A stretch of DNA of 59,441 bases from Nitrospira sp. GTDB lineage: Bacteria; Nitrospirota; Thermodesulfovibrionia; Thermodesulfovibrionales; SM23-35. This document shows positions 51,234 through 59,441 of this stretch, piece after piece. A program made the translations under genes and the position numbers. Position 1 is the stretch's first letter. Each line of letters begins with the position of its first letter. Below the pieces are notes generated by a model that made no database searches, was not told where the DNA came from, and worked only from the letters and a program-made list of their open reading frames with translations. The stretch spans positions 1 through 59,441 of the forward strand of contig VGWX01000004.1 in the NCBI GenBank assembly GCA_016873615.1. The letters run 5' to 3'.

Positions 51234-52391
51234 ATGTTTGAAATTCATAATCTCATAAATGATATCTTCGGCTTTCTCCAGATAACCGATATCTACCAAT
51301 TTTTAATCCCTCAGGTCGGAGTTGGAGGAGGAGTTGAAGCAAAAGAATACGTTGAATTACTCCCATTGATAAAATCCACTTTAATCTTTCTTGCCGGGGT
51401 TGGTACAGTATTCGGCCTTGGACTTGCCCTCACTGCAAAAAGGTTCACTGTTCAGATAGACCCGCGGGTTGATAAAGTGCTGGACGTGCTTGCACACGCA
51501 CATTGAGGCGCATGCGGGTTCGCAGGTTGCGAACAGTATGCAGAGGCAGTCGTTACAAAACCTGAGGTTGCTCCGAATTTGTGCATCCCTGCAGGAATGC
51601 AGGGTGCGGAGGCAGTTGCCTTTATTACGGGCAAGAAGGCTGAAGCAAGAGAACCCGTTTTTTCAAGGATCATGTGCAAAGGCGGATCAAGTAAATCTCT
51701 CAGGAAATTCTTGTATGAAGGGGTTCAGGATTGCAGGGCTGTCATTCTTGCAGGAGGAGGGGATAATGCCTGCAGATATGGCTGTTTAGGCTATGGAACC
51801 TGTTCAAGAGTCTGCCCTTTTGATGCCATATCGATGTCTGACGACCGCCTGCCCATTGTTGACATCAAAAAATGCACAGGATGCAGAAAATGTGAAGCAG
51901 CCTGCCCTGTTAAGGTCATTGAGGTTCTCCCTGCATCTTGTCAGGTACTGGTAACATGTCACTCAAAAGACAAGGCTGCTGATACCAGAAAGAACTGTCA
52001 GACCGGCTGTATTGCGTGCGGGATCTGCGTAAAGGTCTGTCCTTTTGATGCGCCTTCTGTTGAAAATAATCTTTCGAAAATAGCCTTGCATAAGTGTACC
52101 GTATGCGGACTTTGTGTCAAAAAATGCCCCACAAATGCCGTCTCTGATTTTATTCCGCAAAGACCAAAGGCTTTTATCTTAGACCATTGTAACGGCTGCG
52201 AGATATGTGCTAATGTATGCCCTGTTGATGCGCCTGCTGGAGTTCCGGACAAAAAACATATTATCGATCAATCAAAATGTACAGGCTGCGGCATATGCAC
52301 GGCAAAATGCCCTGTTCAGGCAATTGCCGGCACTTTCAATGCATTAGCAGTGTTTGCTGCAGCAGAAAAGGATAAAACAAAAGCTGCGTGA
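51234..52391 (+). CDS. rnfB: Rnf complex subunit B, polyferredoxin type, predicted selenoprotein (UGA at 51504-51506)
   Basis: ORFs 51234-51506 and 51579-52391 share a frame; LAHAH-U-GACGFAGC matches the CxxCxxxxC Fe-S motif; six ferredoxin-type motifs. Confidence 0.9.
51510..51541 (+). promoter_or_regulatory. Bacterial SECIS-like hairpin
   Basis: gcatgc-gg-gttcgca-GGT-tgcgaac-a-gtatgc; loop starts with G after an 18 nt spacer from the UGA. Confidence 0.8.
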
Positions 52392-52422
52392 AAAACCCTC
52401 CGGCAGAGACCGCAGGGTGTAC
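52389..52422 (+). repeat. IS200/IS605-end-like hairpin repeat, copy 3
   Basis: tgaaaaaccctccggcagagaccgcagggt; shares agagaccgcagggt with copy 1. Confidence 0.5.
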
Positions 52423-52454
52423 CAATTATAATTTCTATTATTCTTTTTTTCTAT

Positions 52455-52484
52455 AAGGCCTGTGTATTTACACAGGCCTTTTTT
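52455..52484 (+). terminator. Intrinsic terminator of the rnf operon
   Basis: aaggcctgtgta-tt-tacacaggcctttttt. Confidence 0.88.
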
Positions 52485-52582
52485 ATTGCGCTCAAAATCC
52501 CGTGGGACTGCGTTGTGTTGAATAAGACCTCTCCTCTTTGATATCATTAAAAAGAGGCAAAATCCCATTTTAAATATATGTT

Positions 52583-54388
52583 ATGGATAAAATATTAATC
52601 AATTTTCTCAGGGCCAGTCCGATAATTTCCAGGTATAATTTATCCGAGCAGGAAATCATTGATCTTGCCGACTACCTCAGAAAAAATTGCATTTCATCAA
52701 AAGTTGAGGAAGTAGTCAGGATGGTCGAAGAAATAATCAGCATAGATCCAACCCTGGACTGGAAGGAGATACTCGAAGCCGCTGCAAAAAAGATTGTTCT
52801 TTTTCTTGATGCAGCTGCAGCTTCAATCCGGATCTTCGATCCGGAGACAGGCAAGCTGGTTGCCTTTGGATCCCATCAGTATTCAGAAACCGGAAGGGCC
52901 AAGAGCATACCTGTTGAAAAGTCTGTAGCCGGAAAGGTTATAAGCAGCGGCAGAAGTTATCTTGTTCCGAATATTCTGTTAGAGCCTGATTACACCAACA
53001 AGGATGTTGTTAAAGATCAGGGACTTAACTCTCTGATGGCAGTGCCGGTAATCATACCGGGTTTTCTTAAGAATGAGGCTGTCATTCAGGGGTCTCTGCA
53101 GATATATTACAAAGAGATAAATAAGGAATTTGATACCCTTGAGGTTGCAAACGCCGAGTTGCTGGCCAGAAGGATCAGCTATGTACTTGCAAAAAAGCGC
53201 ATCCTCGACCTTCAGAAACTTAATTTTCAGAAAGAAAAGATCGTTGAAAAGATTTTTGTAAAACTCAGTCATCGTGAAGGCATCAAGATGAAGGACGTCT
53301 TCAGTATGATGATCCCTGAACTGATTAATATAATCCAGGTGCAGAGTTGTACATTATTCTCAATTGAACCTGACAGAAAACATGTTCTCATTGAGCTTGA
53401 ATACCCCGCAGGCCAGGAAAGCCATGAAATAAGCTGCATGTTCACCATTAAGGATCATCCGTATTTTGATGCGCTGATAAACAATACTGAAAAGCGCGGA
53501 GATTATCAATATGAGAAAATAAATCCGTCCTACATCCTGATCAAAGACCCGTTGAACAGCAGACTCTCAAATAACGAGCTGAAAAGATATTCAGCAAAAT
53601 ACAATGTTAACTCCGTCCTGTTGATTCCGCTCAAGGCAGTGGATGAAATAAACTATTTCCTTGTCTTTTATGCAAAAGACAGACGTCAGGAATTCACTGA
53701 CCACGAGATCGAGCTATTGAGCTTTTTCGGGAAAGAGATAATGAAGGCATTGAGGATTGAGAAACTTGATGACGTCCTGCATGATTTCAAAAACCCCGGG
53801 ATTGCCATTGCAGGCTTTGCTAAAAGGGCAAAAAAGCTTCTTGAAACCGAGGATATCAACAGTGTCAAGAATAAGATAGGCGAGTATCTTGATATCGTTA
53901 TGCAGGAGACAATCAGGCTGCAGGAAATGTCTATCTACCAGAACATCGAAGGCCGTGAAAGGGTTTTGGACCTTACAGCGGTTCTTAAAAACCGTTTCAG
54001 GATCAACGAAGAAGCTGTTAAAGAGCAGAAGAGAATGGGAATCAAATTAACCGCGGGAAGCCTGGAACCGGGGTTGATGATATACTGCTCTCCTTTTGGT
54101 TTTGAACGTGTTCTGGACAATCTGCTCGATAATGCTTCAAAGGCAATACCTGAAGCAGGAGGGGAGTTGTCCATAAAGAGTTACAGAAGCGGAGATATGG
54201 GATGTTTTGAAATTCATAATTCAGGCAAAATTCCCGAAGAAAATATTGAACAGATCAGGAGAGGAGAAGTCAAAGGCCGCGGCCTGAATATAATCTATCG
54301 TTTCATTCAGGCTATACACGGCAATCTGGAGGTTTCCACAGATATTGATTCAACAACCTTCAGGGTAATGATCCCTCTGCATAAATAG
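52583..54388 (+). CDS. Cytoplasmic GAF-GAF sensor histidine kinase
   Basis: Two GAF-like regions, H-box LHDFKNP, N-box LDNLLDNA, G2 GRGL. Confidence 0.82.
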   Translation: MDKILINFLRASPIISRYNLSEQEIIDLADYLRKNCISSKVEEVVRMVEEIISIDPTLDWKEILEAAAKKIVLFLDAAAASIRIFDPETGKLVAFGSHQYSETGRAKSIPVEKSVAGKVISSGRSYLVPNILLEPDYTNKDVVKDQGLNSLMAVPVIIPGFLKNEAVIQGSLQIYYKEINKEFDTLEVANAELLARRISYVLAKKRILDLQKLNFQKEKIVEKIFVKLSHREGIKMKDVFSMMIPELINIIQVQSCTLFSIEPDRKHVLIELEYPAGQESHEISCMFTIKDHPYFDALINNTEKRGDYQYEKINPSYILIKDPLNSRLSNNELKRYSAKYNVNSVLLIPLKAVDEINYFLVFYAKDRRQEFTDHEIELLSFFGKEIMKALRIEKLDDVLHDFKNPGIAIAGFAKRAKKLLETEDINSVKNKIGEYLDIVMQETIRLQEMSIYQNIEGRERVLDLTAVLKNRFRINEEAVKEQKRMGIKLTAGSLEPGLMIYCSPFGFERVLDNLLDNASKAIPEAGGELSIKSYRSGDMGCFEIHNSGKIPEENIEQIRRGEVKGRGLNIIYRFIQAIHGNLEVSTDIDSTTFRVMIPLHK

Positions 54389-54394
54389 CTGTTC

Positions 54395-54952
54395 ATGCCA
54401 GGAAATACACCCGAAATCATTTCAAAAAACATAATCGGCAAAGGTAAATTTCTCAGATTCGTCCTCACGACCTATATTGATTCCTCAGGAAAAAAACGGA
54501 AGTGGGAATATTTTGAACGAATCAACTGTAACGGTATTGTTGCAATAGTTCCGGTTACAGATAACAATGAATTCATTCTGATAAGGCAGTACAGACCTCC
54601 GGTAAACAGTTACGTCATTGAATTTCCTGCGGGTCTCAATGATAAGGGAGGCACGTTGGAGGAAGCTGCAAAAAGAGAACTTCTCGAAGAGACCGGTTAT
54701 TCCGCAAAGGATATGATTTTTCTCACTGAGGGACCCATGTCATCAGGCGCTTCAGGAGAGATTCTCACCGTGTATCTTGCAAAGGGTCTTGAGTTTCGGG
54801 GCATTGCGCAGAGGGATGAGACTGAGGATATTGAGGCGCTGAAAATCCCGATTGACAGGCTTGAAACTGAGTTGTCCGGACTGAAATCAGAAGGCAACCA
54901 TATTGACCTGAAGATATTCGGCCTTGCAGAGCTGGCAAAGAAATTCCTGTAA
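54395..54952 (+). CDS. NUDIX hydrolase (ADP-ribose pyrophosphatase-like)
   Basis: RQYRPP, EFPAGL......EEAAKRELLEETGY. Confidence 0.92.
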   Translation: MPGNTPEIISKNIIGKGKFLRFVLTTYIDSSGKKRKWEYFERINCNGIVAIVPVTDNNEFILIRQYRPPVNSYVIEFPAGLNDKGGTLEEAAKRELLEETGYSAKDMIFLTEGPMSSGASGEILTVYLAKGLEFRGIAQRDETEDIEALKIPIDRLETELSGLKSEGNHIDLKIFGLAELAKKFL

Positions 54953-54962
54953 TGTACAGCTT

Positions 54963-56219
54963 TTATTCAACGATTATCTTATAAAATCTCCTCTTGCCTA
55001 CTCTGATAATATGCTCGCCAAGTTGCAGGCTGGTATCCGGATCAGTGACTGTAACGTCGTTTACCTTCACCCCACCCTGCTTTATCAGCCTGATTGCTTC
55101 ACTGGTGCTCTTAGCAAGACCGGTCTCTTTCATTACCTGGGGCAGCCAATTGTTCTTCTCTGAAATTGCATCCATTCCAATGTTAATATTTCTTACAGGT
55201 ATATCATCCGGGAGATCCTTTTTCTGAATAAGTCGATTAAACTCCTCTCTCGCCCTGATAGCCGCATCCTTCCCCCAATAACGCTCAACGATCTCAAGCG
55301 CAAGGGTTTCCTTGACATTCAGGTCATTGAAAGAGCCATCCAGCATCTGCTTTTTCAGGAACTCAAGCTCTTCCAGAGATATATGGCTTAATAACTCATA
55401 GTAACGGATTATTAATGCAGTCGGTATCCTCATGATTTTGGGGAATATACCGGTTGCCTCCCCTGTAGTGCTTTCTATCTCAAAAGCAGGTTCAGTGATA
55501 CCGATGTAGTTTCCGAGACTTTTGCTCATTTTTTTTACACCGTCGAGACCTTCGAGCAATGGCATTAGTATAAGACTCTGAGGTTGCTGACCGTATTCCT
55601 TCTGGAGCTCCCTGCCGACAATAAGATTAAATTTCTGGTCTGTGCCGCCAAGCTCCACATCAGCACGAAGCGCGACAGAATCATACCCCTGTACTAATGG
55701 ATACATGAACTCATGAATAGCAATAGGACTCTGATTGATCCATCTCTGCTTGAAATCCTCTCTTTCAAACATCCTCGCAACGGTATATTTGCTCGCAAGC
55801 AGAATCATGTCTTCTGCCCTCATAGGACTCATCCATTCCGAGTTGAAGACAACCCTGGTTCTTTTCGCATCGAGGATTTTGTATATCTGCTCTCTGTAGG
55901 TTTTTGCATTTTCGAGAACTGCCTCCCTTGTAAGAGGTTTTCTCATCTCGCTCTTTCCGCTTGGATCGCCGATCATGCCCGTAAAGTCGCCTATGAGGAA
56001 GATAATCTCATGACCGATTTCCTGGAACTGCCGCATCTTTTCAAGCAATACTGTATGGCCTAAATGGATATCTGGTGCAGTTGGGTCAAACCCTGCCTTA
56101 ATTCTCAGGGGCCTCTTTTCTGAATACGATTTCTCAAGTTTCCTGATGAGTTCACTCTCAACAATTACCTCGACGGCACCCCTCTTTATTATTTCAAGTT
56201 GTTTGTCAGGTTTAAGCAT
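54963..56219 (-). CDS. tyrS: Tyrosine--tRNA ligase
   Basis: [26 protein letters not shown]-terminal S4 domain. Confidence 0.97.
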   Translation of the reverse strand: MLKPDKQLEIIKRGAVEVIVESELIRKLEKSYSEKRPLRIKAGFDPTAPDIHLGHTVLLEKMRQFQEIGHEIIFLIGDFTGMIGDPSGKSEMRKPLTREAVLENAKTYREQIYKILDAKRTRVVFNSEWMSPMRAEDMILLASKYTVARMFEREDFKQRWINQSPIAIHEFMYPLVQGYDSVALRADVELGGTDQKFNLIVGRELQKEYGQQPQSLILMPLLEGLDGVKKMSKSLGNYIGITEPAFEIESTTGEATGIFPKIMRIPTALIIRYYELLSHISLEELEFLKKQMLDGSFNDLNVKETLALEIVERYWGKDAAIRAREEFNRLIQKKDLPDDIPVRNINIGMDAISEKNNWLPQVMKETGLAKSTSEAIRLIKQGGVKVNDVTVTDPDTSLQLGEHIIRVGKRRFYKIIVE

Positions 56220-56348
56220 AAGATGTATAATAAACCTTAAAAAAGACTTACGTCAATTGCAGCCGTTTTTTATGAACATTTTCATTAAAATTTGATAACT
56301 GCTATTATATTTTATAAAATGTTAAATGCGGTTATGAGGAGGAAAGAG

Positions 56349-56930
56349 ATGAAGCGTTCTATTGTATTAATAGGCTTTTTATTGCTATTGATTAACTGTG
56401 CTCCGTTCAGCATAAGCTATGACTTCGATACAGAAGCCAATTTTGCCGGTCTTAGAACATACGACTGGTTGCCCGTACCTGAGAAAGCACAGGGGATAGC
56501 GAAAACAAACGAATTGACCACAAAGCATATCAAACTTGCTGTGAACAGGGAATTAAAATCAAAAGGGCTGGAACTGAGATCTGAAAACCCTGATATGCTG
56601 ATTGCCCTGCACGGAGGAAAAGAAAAGAAAGTGGATGTGCAGGAATGGGGATATGCATACGGGGACCGTGATAACCGGTATTGGGGTTACCATCCAAGAC
56701 CATGGGGTCCTGAGCCTGCGGGGAGAGACCATTTCGAATACAGGCGCGGTATGGACACATATGAATATGAGGTAGGAACGCTCATTGTCGATTTTGTTGA
56801 TGCTAAAACAAAATCATTGATCTGGAGGGGCACAGCAACCGGTGTAGTAGACCCTGATATAGGATCGGAGAAAATCAACGAGATTGTTAAGAAATTACTC
56901 GAAAATTTTCCGCCTCTGAAAAAGAAATGA
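56349..56930 (+). CDS. DUF4136 family lipoprotein
   Basis: Lipoprotein-like signal (LLINC), YEVGTLIVDFVDA....IWRG.A, FPP. Confidence 0.82.
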   Translation: MKRSIVLIGFLLLLINCAPFSISYDFDTEANFAGLRTYDWLPVPEKAQGIAKTNELTTKHIKLAVNRELKSKGLELRSENPDMLIALHGGKEKKVDVQEWGYAYGDRDNRYWGYHPRPWGPEPAGRDHFEYRRGMDTYEYEVGTLIVDFVDAKTKSLIWRGTATGVVDPDIGSEKINEIVKKLLENFPPLKKK

Positions 56931-56955
56931 TTTCAGCCGGCAATCGAAAATATCA

Positions 56956-57312
56956 ATGGTAGTCCATTTTGAGATACCCGCAGATGATATCGAAAGGGCA
57001 AAATTGTTTTACACAAAACTTTTTGGCTGGGAAATCAATGCGTTAGATGGCAGATCGAACTATCTGCTTATTCGCAGCACGGACAGGACATCATTAAGCG
57101 GAGGTCTGCTGAAACGATTTAATCCAAAACAGACAACCATACTATATTTTGACGTCTCATCCGTTGATGAATATACTGCAAAAGTCAGAGACCTTGGAGG
57201 CAGGATCGTAGCGGCAAAAAAATCTGTGCCTGAAACAGGTTATTTCGCAATATGTCTCGATACGGAAAACAACACCTTCGGTATCTGGGAAGAAAACCCG
57301 AATGCAATATAA
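56956..57312 (+). CDS. VOC/glyoxalase family protein
   Basis: VVHFEIPADD.ERA..FY..LFGW, DTENN.FG.WE. Confidence 0.9.
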   Translation: MVVHFEIPADDIERAKLFYTKLFGWEINALDGRSNYLLIRSTDRTSLSGGLLKRFNPKQTTILYFDVSSVDEYTAKVRDLGGRIVAAKKSVPETGYFAICLDTENNTFGIWEENPNAI

Positions 57313-57468
57313 CAGGCCCCTTTACTCTGGAACCATGTTTACAACGAACTCCTCAATACACAAAGATAATCAAATTTCAGGACTTTGGAGTCATTACCCG
57401 CAAACTGAATAATTTAAAAAGTGATTTTTTGTTATAGCGTCTCACCCATTCTTAAGGATAAGATTTTT

Positions 57469-57518
57469 TGGCGGTCCCAACGGGATTCGAACCCGTGTTT
57501 TAGCCTTGAGAGAGCTAA
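57469..57518 (-). mobile_element. 3' fragment of tRNA-Glu(CTC), probable att site of an integrated element
   Basis: Minus strand ttagct-ctctcaa-ggcta-aaa-cacgggttcgaatcccgt-tgggaccgcca; D-arm and 5' acceptor strand missing. Confidence 0.82.
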
Positions 57519-57866
57519 TAGGCAGAACCGACAAGTGCTTGAAAATACTAATAATATCCTTATAGATCCAATTGTTAACTGCCCTTCCCTTTTCTATATG
57601 TTTCTATATGTTTATATCGTTTTTGATATGTTTACTTCACGTTTTCTTCACGGTATGGAGAAATTTGGAACGGAGATTGCCCTCTGCAAATAAGAAGAAT
57701 AAGCTTCGCAATATTTTCCAACAATATTTTAGATTTATACTCTCACATACCGTAGAAACATAGTTGTTTGAGCCAGCCCAAAAATGAGGGATATGAGTAT
57801 TTTGCTTGTCAAATACTTGAGGATTTTCAGATAATAATGGCTTTATGGATTTTTTATTGAAACTCA

Positions 57867-59441
57867 ATGACTAAAGAACAATATATCCAACAGGAACAGG
57901 GAAAGCTTGAAAGAGCTTTTTGTCCGAAGCTGCTTATTCTGGGAGCTCTGGCTATTTTAGGTCTCGGAATTTTTGATTATTTCGCCTCGCCTCAGAATCT
58001 TTCACGATTTCTTTTTTACCGCTCTATCGCTGCATTTGGATATCTTGTTCTTTATTTGATCAATCAGCGTACTCGGGGCAAGCATGTCAAAACAATGTTT
58101 TTCTTATTGACGGTTATTGTCTCAGGAATGCTTGCAGTCATGGCGTTTCAGACAGGAGGGGACAGTTCGGTATACCTTGACGGCGTTATCGTTGTATTTG
58201 TATTCCTCTTTGGTTTTGTTCCAATGCAAATGAAAATGACTTCATTCCTTGCAGGAGTTATATATATAACGTACTATTTTCCGGTATTGCTTTTCGACCG
58301 ATCAATAAACTTCGACGCATTCATGGCAGACAATATTTTAATGGCCGTGATTGTAATCAGTGGTCTTGTCTGGAGATATTACAATGCCAGGCTTCTTGTT
58401 AGTAAGCTTGGGTTAGAATTTGACTTGTTGCAAAAAAACAATGAAACTCATCAAGCCTGGGGGGAGAGCATAGAGAAATTTCATGCGATAGCAAATAATG
58501 CAACCGATGCAATCGTATTGATGGATGATCAGGGCAGGATATTCTACTGGAATCCAGCAGCAGAAAAGATGTTTGGCTATAGCAGCATGGAAGCCATGGG
58601 AAGGGAACTGCACATACTGATTGCCCCAAAAGAATATCACGAGTCATACAGGTGCGGGTTTGAAGAATTCAAATATTCTGGACAGGGTATTGCTATAGGA
58701 AATACCCTCGAGTTTTTTGCGCTTCACAAGGACGGCACAAGGTTTCCTATCGAGGTTTCCACATCAGCCCTTAAAATCAAAGATAAATGGCATGCTGCCG
58801 GAATAATCCGTGATATTACCGACCGGAAGAAAGCTGACGAGGCCCTGAGGGATAGCGAAGAAAAATACCGTTCGCTGGTGAATAACGTCAACATAGGGAT
58901 TTACAGGAATACCGGGGACGCGAGTGGAAGATTCCTTCAGGCGAATCCGGCAATTGCCAAGATGTTTGGATACGACACGGTTGAAGATTTCATGAAAATA
59001 CATACTGCTGACCTTTACCAGGATGCAGAAGAGAGACAAAAATTCGTAGATAAGATAGAAAAATATGGTCTTGTAACGAATGAAGAATTAAAACTGAAGA
59101 AGAAAGACGGGACCCTCATTTCCGGATCTGTAACCGCAAAAGTCCAACATGCTGAAGACGGCAGCATTGCATGGATTGATGGTGTTATTGAGGATATCAC
59201 CGAAAGAAAGAAGGCATTAGAAGAACTGAGGCAATCAGAAGAAAAGTTCCGGGATCTTGTTGAAAACCTCAATGATGTTGTTTATTCGGTTGACAGGAAT
59301 GGTTTTATAACCTATATCAGCCCGAATATTACTAATATCCTTGGCATGTCGGCTTCTGAATTGACTGGCGTTCATTTTACGAAGATTTTATATGAAGATG
59401 ATAGAGAAAAGATTACGGAAAGATTCCGCCAGCTGATAACA
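57867..59441 (+). CDS. Membrane-anchored multi-PAS sensor protein, 3'-truncated by window edge (absent from ORF track)
   Basis: Hand translation MTKEQYIQQEQ...; hydrophobic N-terminus, then in-frame PAS motif DAIVLMDDQGRIFYWNPAAEKMFGY and further PAS repeats. Confidence 0.88.
   Translation, partial: MTKEQYIQQEQGKLERAFCPKLLILGALAILGLGIFDYFASPQNLSRFLFYRSIAAFGYLVLYLINQRTRGKHVKTMFFLLTVIVSGMLAVMAFQTGGDSSVYLDGVIVVFVFLFGFVPMQMKMTSFLAGVIYITYYFPVLLFDRSINFDAFMADNILMAVIVISGLVWRYYNARLLVSKLGLEFDLLQKNNETHQAWGESIEKFHAIANNATDAIVLMDDQGRIFYWNPAAEKMFGYSSMEAMGRELHILIAPKEYHESYRCGFEEFKYSGQGIAIGNTLEFFALHKDGTRFPIEVSTSALKIKDKWHAAGIIRDITDRKKADEALRDSEEKYRSLVNNVNIGIYRNTGDASGRFLQANPAIAKMFGYDTVEDFMKIHTADLYQDAEERQKFVDKIEKYGLVTNEELKLKKKDGTLISGSVTAKVQHAEDGSIAWIDGVIEDITERKKALEELRQSEEKFRDLVENLNDVVYSVDRNGFITYISPNITNILGMSASELTGVHFTKILYEDDREKITERFRQLIT

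Noticed and set aside
51234-51789. rnfB as a split or frameshifted pseudogene; ORF 51469-51789
   Set aside because: Both halves share a frame and a SECIS-like hairpin follows the TGA; the alternative ORF has no RnfB motifs
57432-57545. Intact tRNA gene, and the ORF at 57421-57693 crossing it
   Set aside because: No D-arm or 5' acceptor strand, so only a fragment; the ORF is a read-through of non-coding DNA

Overview
A 59.4 kb bacterial chromosomal segment of moderate-to-low GC. Gene content and order suggest an anaerobic Nitrospirota (Thermodesulfovibrionia-like) or deltaproteobacterium-like organism; this is inference only. Core genes: rarA (partial), mutS2, split transketolase, ftsEX-envC-ctpA, uvrC, dnaE-accA, PBP1A, stand-alone atpB-atpE, hflX, ahbD-hemE-hemH, rnfCDGEAB, tyrS. 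Accessory patches: a vapB-like/hicAB islet, a GC-rich perR-katG-cupin islet, a Panacea-RelE / HTH-ImmA / truncated Mod defence islet, a decayed region with a DUF4258-type TA pair, and an island edge marked by a tRNA-Glu 3' fragment. Main signals: (1) a GxxExxY nuclease gene enclosed by complementary 9-nt-periodic repeats inside the heme operon; (2) a dense set of nested palindromic and 6/7-nt-periodic elements, several inserted in frame in proteins; (3) RnfB with an in-frame UGA at a Cys position followed by a SECIS-like hairpin; (4) hflX apparently starting at AUA; (5) many apparently leaderless genes. All product calls come from recognising motifs by eye; no database searches were run.
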